Shown here piece after piece: positions 50,994 to 61,706 of a stretch of 64,000 nucleotides of DNA. Location: the NCBI GenBank assembly GCA_021613535.1, contig CP075496.1, positions 9,548,001 through 9,612,000 on the forward strand, given 5' to 3'. The position numbers were made by a program, and so were the translations under genes. The notes under the pieces are model-generated. The model was not told the DNA's origin. It ran no database searches and saw nothing but the letters and a program-made list of their open reading frames with translations. Positions within the stretch are counted from its first letter, which is position 1; each line of letters starts with the position of its first letter. The DNA comes from Adineta vaga. Lineage: Eukaryota > Animalia > Rotifera.

Positions 50994-51983
50994 TTAACAT
51001 AGACATCGCTTGTCTTCCTCTTCTGTTTGTCTATTATAGTTAGAAGGAATAATTTTTGTAGTTTCTAAAACATATGCACCTGGTCTATTGATACTATACA
51101 GTTTTGTTTCACCAGTATCAATTGACTCTCCAGATGTTTGAGATATTTTTTCTAAAATAACATCAGCTAATCTAAATTAAGCAAGAAAAGATCATTTATT
51201 AAAAGCAAATTACAACTAATAAATACTTTTCAAATACAGTTTGAACATTAACATTATCTTTTACAGATATTTCAAAGAATTCTAAGCCTAAATATCGAAA
51301 TCTTCTATTTTGATTTGAAAACTATGAGGGAAAAATATCCTACCTAATTCATCAGCAAGTTTTTTACCATGTTCTGTAGGTACAACTCGCTCTTGTGTCA
51401 TATCACATTTATTTCCAATCAGTATAACCGCAGGTTTTTCATATGAATATGTTTCGATCTGTGAAACCCTTTAGAAAACAGAATATATGTCTAGAAATAA
51501 AATTCGATTTCATTTACCAATCTTTTACAGCTCTAAAAGATTCTTCATTTGTAATATCATAAACTAAAATAAAACCCAATGCACCTCGATAATAAACAGC
51601 TAAAATAAAGCGAATAGAATTTAGACTCTTATCGATTCTGAAAAAAAAACATGATTTTACTTGTTGATGATCGATGACGTTCTTGACCAGCTGTATCCCA
51701 TATTTGCAATTTCATACATTTATCATGACGGACTAAAATCTTCGATTTAAAATCAACTCCAAGTGTAGTAATAAATGCTGATGAAAATGTATTATCTGTA
51801 TATCGAAAAAGCTAAAAAACAAAAAGAATTCGCTTTTTTTTAAACTAATTTATAAAAAAAAGTACGTCATACAAGTGATGTTTTTCCTACAGATGAATTT
51901 CCAATAATAAGTAATTTACAGACATAATCAACTTTTTGATTGACTGTATTTTGAACTGATCCACTCGTTTTATTTTGTGTCAT
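50994..51983 (-). CDS. RAB3: Rab3-like small GTPase (6 exons, absent from the ORF track)
   Basis: [62 protein letters not shown]-terminal CLC prenylation motif. Confidence 0.85.
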
Positions 51984-52734
51984 ATGAAGGAGAAAAAAAG
52001 AAAGAAAGAAAAAACACAAGGACAATCGATCTAATGGCTTATGTATACAATAAAAACATTACTATTCGTGTAGTAGACGTTTTCATTTATAATTGGATAC
52101 GGTTTTGCTTCTATGATTTTTAAGATATTAATGCATTTTCTCTGATTAATTTGACTTTTTGCAAATAAAATAAAATATATATTTGTCAAAATGGTCATTC
52201 TGGTGACTAAATATTCATCTTATTTCATACTATTAATGTTTATCAAAAGGAAGATAATTTTTAGTATATTTCAATTTGATTGAGAAGTAAGATTTTACTT
52301 CGTTGTAAAGAATTGATACCAATTTTTCTTTTTTTTTTTTGTCTGATAATTTCAATGCAAATAAATACAGAAGAAAAAGTACTCATATGTTTCGTTCTTC
52401 TCTATCACATTCTACTTCAAGTTTGTAAATATTAAAGCAAAAAGATAAAACAAAAGGAGAACTCTCATATGATTCTTATTTTTGTTTCTTTTATATTGAG
52501 CGAAGAACATTGAATGCTTTCTTATCTCTTGCACATGTGCTTTTTGTGTTTAGGTTTTTATCAGATACGTATTGTGTAGCAAAAAATGTAACGATTGATT
52601 TCGCTGTATAGACTAGATTAAAGAGAGAAAAATAGGATCATGATCTAACCATCTCATGATTTATACTCGGAAGATACGATACTTTTTCTTTGTATTGTTT
52701 TATTTTTATAGTAGACTGTTCATATCATAACACA

Positions 52735-53973
52735 ATGAATACTGATGAAGACATTCACCATTCATTACCGAAACGAACTGTACTACCATTTCCTATACAT
52801 GGATCAACAATTGAATGTCACAGTGATCATGGTATCGAAATAACTGGCGATGTTGCACCTCCTATTCATATGTCAACTACGTTTGTTGCTAATGTACCAG
52901 AATCTTATGGGCAAGTATATAGTCGAATGGATAGTACTACGAGAAGAAGAGTCGAAGCTGTAATAGGAGCAATTGAAGGTGGAGATGCAGTTACGTACTC
53001 AAGTGGACTTAGCGCTGCCACAGCACTTATTCATTGCATAAAACCACGACGTATTTATTTGGATGCAGGCTATTTTGGTATAAGAAGTGCATTCAAATTA
53101 TGGAGTGACAGACATAACCTAGGAAATGATACTATTCAGTTTTGCACATTGGAACAATGTCAACAATGGTATCAACAGGAAGAAAAAGATTCTTCCATTG
53201 ATCGTTCTTGTTGGCGACCAGCACATATTGAAGAAGAGCGTCTTCTTGATTTAATTTGGCTGGAAAGTCCAAACAATCCATACACTACTCTCGCCGATAT
53301 CGAATGGTTTGCTGAATTAGCCTCCAAAACTGGTGCTTGTCTTGTAGTAGATAGTACTCTATCATCACCACTTGGACAACGCCCATTCGAACATGGTGCA
53401 CATGTGGTCATGCATTCAACAACGAAATATTTTTCGGGACACAGTGATCTACTTGGCGGTGTTCTTATTGTCCATCCTTCATTGTCTAACGTATTAACGT
53501 GCAAACTTTCAGAAGAACGTGATACCGATGGTGCTGTCATGGGCGGATTAGAAGCATGGCTTTTACTTCGATCAATGAGAACGTTCTCTCTTCGTGTTCG
53601 TCGGCAATGTCAAACGGCTGAAATTATCGTTGAATGGCTTGAAAAACAACGAATCAATGAAAATAAAGTGACAAAAGTTCATCATCCAAATCTAGAATCA
53701 CATCCAAGTCATTCGCTTGCTACTCGCTATCTTCGTCTTCCACCAGCTACATTTAGTTTCGAGCTCGAATCCGAGTCTCAAGCTAAATCATTTGCTCGTT
53801 CGTTATTACTCTGTTCAAATGCAACAAGTTTGGGTGGTTATGAAACATTGATCGATTGGCGTTATAGATTTGATACCAGTGTTAGTCCTGCTCTATTGAG
53901 AGTTTCTATTGGTATCGAAGAGCCCGACGATATTATTCAAGATTTTCAACAAGCATTACAACAAGCAAATTAA
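52735..53973 (+). CDS. Cys/Met metabolism PLP-dependent enzyme (cystathionine gamma-synthase/lyase family), intronless
   Basis: PPIHMSTTF, YSR, YSSGLSA, WLESPNNP, VVDST, HSTTKYFSGHSD (PLP lysine), ATSLGG..TLIDWR, LLRVSIGIE. Confidence 0.92.
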   Translation: MNTDEDIHHSLPKRTVLPFPIHGSTIECHSDHGIEITGDVAPPIHMSTTFVANVPESYGQVYSRMDSTTRRRVEAVIGAIEGGDAVTYSSGLSAATALIHCIKPRRIYLDAGYFGIRSAFKLWSDRHNLGNDTIQFCTLEQCQQWYQQEEKDSSIDRSCWRPAHIEEERLLDLIWLESPNNPYTTLADIEWFAELASKTGACLVVDSTLSSPLGQRPFEHGAHVVMHSTTKYFSGHSDLLGGVLIVHPSLSNVLTCKLSEERDTDGAVMGGLEAWLLLRSMRTFSLRVRRQCQTAEIIVEWLEKQRINENKVTKVHHPNLESHPSHSLATRYLRLPPATFSFELESESQAKSFARSLLLCSNATSLGGYETLIDWRYRFDTSVSPALLRVSIGIEEPDDIIQDFQQALQQAN

Positions 53974-54806
53974 TAGATTCTTTCTTTTTATTCATCTTTA
54001 GTTTTTTGCTCTTTTATTATTTGATTTTTTTTCGTTTCTTCTTCAAATCTTCTGGGTGACGATGTGGATGTAGATTTGTTCTCTTTTGTTACCCGTACGC
54101 ACTTTAAATAGTTCCAGTAATATTCGCAATCATTACATGATCGAAACATACAAATGGATTTCAGAAAAAAAATAAAGATTATATGTCAGAATTTATAACA
54201 ATGATAAGGAAAGCAAAACAAACTCAAGAATCAATGGAATATGTCATCGAGCACAATTGCATCGAGTACACTCTCGTTTCTTTCATTTTCTATTTACTTT
54301 ATTTATTTTATTATTTTGTAGAACTTCATTTCTGTTAACTATATTATTGGACACAGTATTGATCATATTCCAGATCATATATATGATTCAGCATCTGTTG
54401 TAAAATTTTAGTAATGTAGATTATAAAGAGGATAAATTTGTTTAAATACGAAAAGAAAATGATATCAATCATGATCATTTCGAATCAATTATGTCACTAG
54501 AGCATTGAAATAATTTGTAAAAGCATCCAGCGAAAGACTATGGTCTCACATAGATGATGTCTTTTTGCTTATTGAAATATATAGCTTCTCCTTTTTCTCA
54601 TGTGATTTATCGACAACAAAACAAAATGTCAGTGCATTTGTTTGATGAGATGCATTGCAGTGAATCTGTTGGAAACAATAGAAAAAGAAACATTAAAAGA
54701 GATTTTAATTATATTTATAAGAAATCCTTTTCTTCTTTTTCTGACGTATACATATTCTGAAAGTGAGACACATAATTTATAACAACTTTCTCGAATTGTG
54801 TTCACC

Positions 54807-56736
54807 ATGCAACATTTTCCATCAGTGAAAGTAACAAAAATTAAGAAACATCGATCGAACACTTATCGAACTGTAACTATTGATTAATATTAAAACTAAT
54901 TGTTTATATGTCAATCTGTTCGTGTAGGTTAAAAGTACCAGTAGTAATGTCAATGTTAGTCGAGTAAAATCAGTTGCTTCTAATTTTAAACTATCTAAGA
55001 AAGAAGATCAAACTTTGGTTGTCGAAAATGTAGATCCAATTTCAACAACAAATGAAAAACCTCTATCATCAACATTGATCAATCAAGGCGAGAGACCACT
55101 AACTACAGTTTCAATAACACATATTTCTCGTGTTCAATCTATAAAAAATATTCCAGATATACCGTCTGAGAATGTGTCAAAAACTAATCAATCAAAGCTA
55201 CATACTTTTCTCGCATTACAAGTAAGAATAATTTGTTTGAACATCATGTGATATGAACTTATATCTTTTTAATAGAATGACATTAACCATTATTCATGTT
55301 CAGCACGCTCACATCAATCACATTTTACTTCGAACATATCATCCAATCCTGGTTCGCCATCGCTTTTAATTGGTGACTATCGAAAAATTTATACCATCGG
55401 AGAAAAAAAACATCAAACAAATCAGAAACTACCTTGGTATAAAAAGTGTACACTTCGTTATTTATTGGGCATTGGTTTGGTATTACTTTTAATCTGTGGA
55501 ATTGTTATTGCAGTACCTATTGCCATAGTTTCTACCAAGACGACAACGACGACCACCGCCATGATGAGTAAGTATTTTCAATCGATCCACGTTTTGAAAA
55601 CTATATTTCATTTGTATTGAGGTACAACTTCGGTGTCGGTTACAACATCAACAGCCAGTGAGTATTTCCAGTCGATCTATGTTTTGAAAACTAAATTTCA
55701 TTTGTATTGAGGTACAACTTCAGTATCGGTTACAACATCAACAGCCAGTGAGTATTTCCAGTCGATCTATGTTTTGAAAACTAAATTTCATTTGTATTGA
55801 GGTACAACTTCAGTATCGGTTACAACATCCACAGTCAGTAAGTATTTCCAGTCGATCTATGTTTTGAAAACTATACTACATCCATTTCTAGGTACAACTT
55901 CAGTATCAGTTACAACATCAACAATCGGTAAGTATTCAACTCCCTCTCTCTCTATATATATATATAAACCAGCGATTGAGTCAGAATTATACAAAGACAT
56001 TCTTTTTTGAATATCTTTGAAACATGAATAATTAATAACATCTGTATTTTCTCTTATTTTCATCAATCAAAGGAAGCACTACAAGTAAGTGATCTCTTTT
56101 TTATAAGATATGAGTAACATGAATGCATTCATCTCTAGCTGCAACCAGTACAACTACGGCAGCAACTGTTAGTGAGTATGCTTTGAAAATAAATTAACAT
56201 TTGAAAATCGATGGTATTTTACAGCAATTACATCCAATCTATGTACCTCAACTTGGAACGCTCTGACAATGATATATCATTGCGACAATTGTTCTCCACA
56301 GTTAACATGGCATCAATTAACCTTTAATTATGTAGCCATTGCAAATTTAACTCGAATTATCTTTGCGTTACGAAGAGATTTGGGCTATTTTGGACTTGAT
56401 GATGTTTCTATTCGTAATACAGCGGCATTAGGCGTTGAAATACTTACGAATGGCGGTTTCGAAAGTGGTACACTTTCATCTTGGAGTCTTTGTGTTCAAA
56501 GTGGTTCAACAGGTACTGGATCAGTCCAATCAACAGCAAATAGTATTTCGTATGGTAGCTTAACTTTTGCTGCACTCTCCGGTTCTTATTATTATTTAGG
56601 TGGAGCAACAGTTAATGCTGAATATCTTACTCAAACATTTCCTAGTGTTATTGGAAATACTTATAAATTCAGCTTCTCATATGTCTATTCTGGTAGTGGT
56701 TTATTGAGTAGTGGTGACTTTTTACTTAGTATCTAA
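54807..56736 (+). CDS. Type II single-pass membrane protein with microexon-encoded Ser/Thr stalk and C-terminal carbohydrate-binding-like domain
   Basis: TM near 55455-55530; microexons 55622-55657, 55712-55747, 55802-55837, 55892-55927, 56073-56084, 56139-56171; last exon 56225-56736 with LDDVSI, LTNGGFESG, YLTQTF. Start codon uncertain. Confidence 0.7.
55568..55935 (+). repeat. 90-bp tandem repeat x4 (54-nt intron plus 36-nt exon)
   Basis: gt(a/g)agtattt...gttttgaaaact...ag|gtacaacttc.gt.tc.gttacaacatc.aca at 90-bp period. Confidence 0.95.
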
Positions 56737-57252
56737 AAGACGTATTATTTTCCTTTTTTGATTATTTTTCTCTCTCTCTATCATTTTAACTTTTACGAGA
56801 GTTGATAACTATTCATAACTTATATATGAACAAAGAATCTTGATGTCAATATTGTATGAATAAAATTTATAGATATATCATACTTGATTGTTCAATGACA
56901 GTGTATTCCTACTGATAGAACTAGTTATAGTAGATGAAGACAAGCGTATATGTCTATGGAAAAAATACATGTCTTTTTTTGACATTGTAATAATTTAAAA
57001 TTTGAGTTTAATAATCGAATCTAAATTCAAAAAACGTACCATTATCAAATGAGACCTGAAATTCTTCATTGCTGATTGTACGATAGGATGTACGTCTGTA
57101 TTGTGTATTTTAACGATCTTTTATGTACGAAAAAAAAGAAAGAAAAATTTATGATTATATGCCATCATTATCTTTCGAAGTCTTTAGTTTGTTTTGAACG
57201 GTCTCTTATCTTCTCAGGCAAACTTGATAGTAAAGCAAAAACTAAAAAACAA

Positions 57253-59055
57253 TTAGTTCGCTTCAATCTCAAATTGTTGGATTCGATGGTTGTAACAATC
57301 AGCTACATAAAGATGTCCATCTTCATCAAATGCTAAACCCTCAGGACCATTCAATTGATCGGGATCATTCCTTGCAAGATGTTTATTATTAATTATAATA
57401 TCACCTTCAGTAGCACCATTTCGCCAACGCATAACTCGATGATTCCAATGATCGGCGACGTAAACAGATCCCCATTGATCGATGACCAATCCTGCAGGAC
57501 AATCTAATTGTGTACGATCATTTCCATATCCATTTCCACCTGCGACGATAACACCTGATCTTGCACGGTTCTTCCATTTCATTACACGATTATTCCAAGA
57601 GTCTGATACATATACAGTTTTATCAAGATCAACATAAATATAGGTTGGATGATTGAGTTGATGAAGACTATTTCCTTTTCCATCACCACCAGCAACACGA
57701 ACGCCTCGTTTTGTAGGATCACTATATCGTCTAACTTCATGATTTTCAGTATCAGAAATATAGATAAAACCTTCATGATCAGCTGCTATACCAAAACACG
57801 CGATATTCTTCCACAATACTTCTAAATGAGCCCCTTTTCTACGAAACCATTGCAATACTCGACGATTTTGATAATCACATATAATATAACTTCTTGATTG
57901 CTCATGAAAAATCATATTTGTAGGCGAGCATAGAGTTTTATTTTTATGGTCAGGTATATTTTCACCAACTATTTTCTGTCCCACTATTTCATCTTGTCTA
58001 TATTTAATAATACGATGATTTAGAGTATCAGCGATCAGAATTGCTTGTTTAGGAGTGAAGGAAAGACCTCGAGGACAATGAAGTTTATCTAATGTAGAAT
58101 CAGGACCACTATTATATTGATCGCCACCAGCAATAGTACGAGCTGTAGATTGCCATTTAGCATTTTGAGGCAACTTCACTGTAGCTATAATGAAAGAGAC
58201 AAACGAAGTGTAAAAAAACTTTTCACAGTATGCTATATTCATGTTTTCTCATTTTGTACGTACAAAATAGCTTTGTATATAAATAAATATCTTCAGGGTG
58301 TTGTAGTTGATATATAAGAAAGGGTTGTTGTTGACCTTCACTTGCTCGACACACATCATCTCGTATGTTTTGAAAAACATCGACAATATGCACATTTTCT
58401 TGAGTAATATTTTCGAGCAAATATTCGACAAATAGATTGTTACGAACTGTTTTTTTGGGTTCACATGAAAATTGAATTAGAACTCCATCAGATGCTTGCA
58501 TTTCATATAAACCTTTAGATTGAGTTCGAGCTAAATAAACACATATACTATTTTATTCAAATTATTATGATGTTATTTACCAGATGATTTTGTTCCATCT
58601 TTCAATTGATATGGTTTACAACAATCAAGAATAAATATAGTTGCATACGACGGTATTGTGTCTTGTTCTTGTCTATCCACCAAACGATCGAGCATTCGAC
58701 CAGCGTCCGTACCATAATCTTCGATAGTATTCATTTCTATATTATCATCGTTAACATGAATTAAATAGTTTATCTGTCCGACTTGACAACAATGACCACA
58801 GTAGTAAAAAAGGACTAAATCCTCTTTATTCGCCATGTCTGCAAATTTTTTAACCTCAAGCATCATATCTTGTTTTACAAAGACGTTCTTTTTATGTTTA
58901 ACGATTTCAAAACCAATGGCCTTCAGCAGATATTTTAGCCTTTTCCCATTCTGAACAGAATCATTGATTTCGTTTTCTTTCTTACTATAATTACCATTAC
59001 TGATAATTAGTGCTAGTTTCCGACGTTGAGCAATGGATCGGTTACCAGTTGCCAT
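57253..59055 (-). CDS. Peptidase C14 (caspase-like) fused to an NHL-repeat beta-propeller, 557 aa
   Basis: Exons 59055-58581, 58530-58264, 58184-57253 (558 codons). KLALIISNGNY, LFYYCGHC, NYLI, ILDCCK, QQP; six NHL repeats (YVADHWNHRV etc.). Confidence 0.85.
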
Positions 59056-59953
59056 GCAGTATCGTTATCTGAAATGTTAAAAATATGATTTCCATATAGA
59101 AAACTATAGAAACACATATAACAATGCAACTGTTTAAAATTAATTTGCATATGATAATCTGTTTGTCAAAAACACATATACCTATATTTAATGAAGCGAT
59201 GATACAAATATGATTCTAACTTTATTGAATATACAACATGTAAGTATTTGTGTTATATATTTCTGAAAAAAATTTAGAGTTCTTTCTTCCTTTATTTTGT
59301 TTTATCCTTCAGAATAGAAGTTTGCTTCTTATTTTTTTGAAAGTTTTGAAGCATTTTATTTTTTCTTTCCAACATGAGCAATATGTAAATACATTTCTTC
59401 ATTTCTCTTATTTACATTACATACAACTTCTAAAATTATTTGTACGCGTCGTTATGCGCGATGCTTTCATGTTTTGAATAACCACATGTAAATAAGAAGA
59501 CGTTCAGTGTTCCTCTTAATTATAATTGTATTATTGTTATTATTATTTATCCTGTTGGCAGAAAAAGATAGTAAAATAAACGAAAATTTCTAGCTTCTCT
59601 TAGTATATACCGCATAGTTATTTCCATATTTGAAGAAAAATTTTAAAAAACAGTTGATATTTTGTATATATTCGTCATTGTATGTTGGAAATTTCTAACA
59701 ATTGATACTTTTAAAAAATATACGCATTTTTCTACAAATAAATTGTCACATGGACGATGCTTTTAATGTGTTTATAACGAATTACATATCATTCGTCGAC
59801 AACACCTTTTGTCAACAAACATATCGGCAACAATCAATATTTTTTCCTCATGGTTCTATATTTACTTTGTTAATAAAACTAAGCTCATAATCCAGTTTTG
59901 CACTGATCAAATTGATGAAAAGTATTCCTCTTTTGGAACGTAACAGAAAATAT

Positions 59954-60002
59954 GGTGTGGGTGTTAAATAGATGTAATACTAACACCCACACCCTCACCC
60001 TA
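59954..60002. repeat. 13-bp perfect inverted repeat overlapping telomere-like hexamers
   Basis: GGTGTGGGTGTTA (59954-59966) and TAACACCCACACC (59981-59993), continuing CCCACA CCCTCA CCCTA. Confidence 0.6.
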
Positions 60003-60355
60003 GATCTTCATCGTTTCTTAAAGATATAATGACAGATGATAAGATAGCATCACTTTCTAAAACAACTCGCAATAATACAACATCGACTAGAGATGATTCT
60101 ATGGCCATTTCTGCTGATAGACAATGTAACAAAGTTAAAAACGAAAATGATTCTACACACAACAATATGAGTCCTAATCAACATTCAAATTTTAGAGTAC
60201 CGTCAAATCGAAGATTGATCAGCATTGATGTTTCTCCATCTTTCAATTCAAATCAATAAATCTTGTGTAGTTTTCATGAAAAATATTCATTCTAAATTAT
60301 TAAATCTTTCGTTTTTTTATGGAACTCTATCACCAAGCTACACTCTACAGAAATT

Positions 60356-61474
60356 TTAAGATGTATGTTTCGTAGCTGGAACATCATTGATACTCTGAGG
60401 AAATGTTACAGGTTGATTATTTTTTTCTGCTCGAAAAGCACTACTTGCATCGTATAATCTTTTACGAATACGATTGATTGATCCTAATGGACGATGTTCT
60501 TTAAGACCTGCCCATGCATATAATCGAATATTATCTTGCCACCAATGAGAAAATTCTGCATCGAATGCATCTTGTTGAGGAATATCTAAAGTTGCTACGG
60601 TATGGAAAGGTGCAGCATGTTGTGACCATTCTATACTAGCATCTTCAACTGGTTGTAATGTTATATCACTACAAAATTGAACACGAAATTCATATTTAGC
60701 TGAATGATGATGAAAATATTCTTTTATCCAATCACATAGAATCGTTGGTGGATCCGTTTCTTTTACTTTTTGAGATTTAATTGCTAACTGTTCCTTAGCT
60801 ACTGGGAAAAGTGCATATTTTACGACATAATCACCGTATCGGTAAGCTGCTTGTGAATACATTTCTTGTCCCATAATATTCGTATTAGGAAGTTCTGTTC
60901 GTGCCAATTGTTTATGTGAATCATTTCGTTGTTTTAAAGCCTTTTTCAATCCTTCAAGGTTATTGAAATATTCATTACGTAAACATTGAATATCACGACA
61001 GACAGTTGCATTCTGTAATTCTAGCACCGGAGTATTATTAAAGAAAAAATCTTGAGTATTTTGATTTTCGTCTTCACGTAATTTTGATCCTATGACATTG
61101 AAAACTTTCATACCTAAACCTCTTAGTGCTGGTATTCGATCATCTTCAATTTGAGTTGGTTCACTTGCATAACGAAGAATAACTGGGTATTTTCCTGGAT
61201 ATATAAATAATCCTTGACTTAAATGAGGTAGCAGATCAGCTGGCACTGTTAATGTTCCTCGAACTAATGCTTGTGTTTTGGTATGTGTACCACGTAATGC
61301 ATGTCCATGTTTTTCATAGTTTTTCTCTTGCATTGATCGAAAACTTGCAATGATAGCACTGATTTTTTCTTCTTCATCATCTTCAATATGTTCAACGGAT
61401 GGATCATCGTAACGAAGAAAGTGCTTTGGATTTTCACCAAAGATAGCAGCTTTGACTGTTTTAATTGTATGCAT
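60356..61474 (-). CDS. Small catalase-like heme protein (microbial y4iL-like/catalase-related type), intronless
   Basis: RGTHTK (distal His), GLF..PG.Y....RY, RGLGMK, QDFFFNNTP, HRPLGSINRIR..LY (proximal Tyr). Confidence 0.88.
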   Translation of the reverse strand: MHTIKTVKAAIFGENPKHFLRYDDPSVEHIEDDEEEKISAIIASFRSMQEKNYEKHGHALRGTHTKTQALVRGTLTVPADLLPHLSQGLFIYPGKYPVILRYASEPTQIEDDRIPALRGLGMKVFNVIGSKLREDENQNTQDFFFNNTPVLELQNATVCRDIQCLRNEYFNNLEGLKKALKQRNDSHKQLARTELPNTNIMGQEMYSQAAYRYGDYVVKYALFPVAKEQLAIKSQKVKETDPPTILCDWIKEYFHHHSAKYEFRVQFCSDITLQPVEDASIEWSQHAAPFHTVATLDIPQQDAFDAEFSHWWQDNIRLYAWAGLKEHRPLGSINRIRKRLYDASSAFRAEKNNQPVTFPQSINDVPATKHTS

Positions 61475-61706
61475 CTCTATCTATTTTGGTAGATAAGGAT
61501 ATGAAACCATGTGATAAAAATGAATGTCACACGTGAATAAGCTATTCTTAGATAAGGTGAAGAACAAACAAAAGAGAGAAAAACAATATATATAGGTTAT
61601 TGAGTGTGCTTGAAACATGTTCTTCTATAAGTTAATCGATATGAAAAATCTCCTATGGATGTTTTACATAAAAAATATTTTTATTTTATTAGATTATTTC
61701 GAACTT

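Noticed and set aside
55568-55935. Regular repeat resembling a CRISPR array
   Set aside because: No unique spacers and no cas genes; explained as intron-exon tandem units in a eukaryotic gene.
60029-60259. 76-aa Ser/Asn-rich ORF
   Set aside because: Low complexity with no recognisable motif; cannot be supported as a gene.
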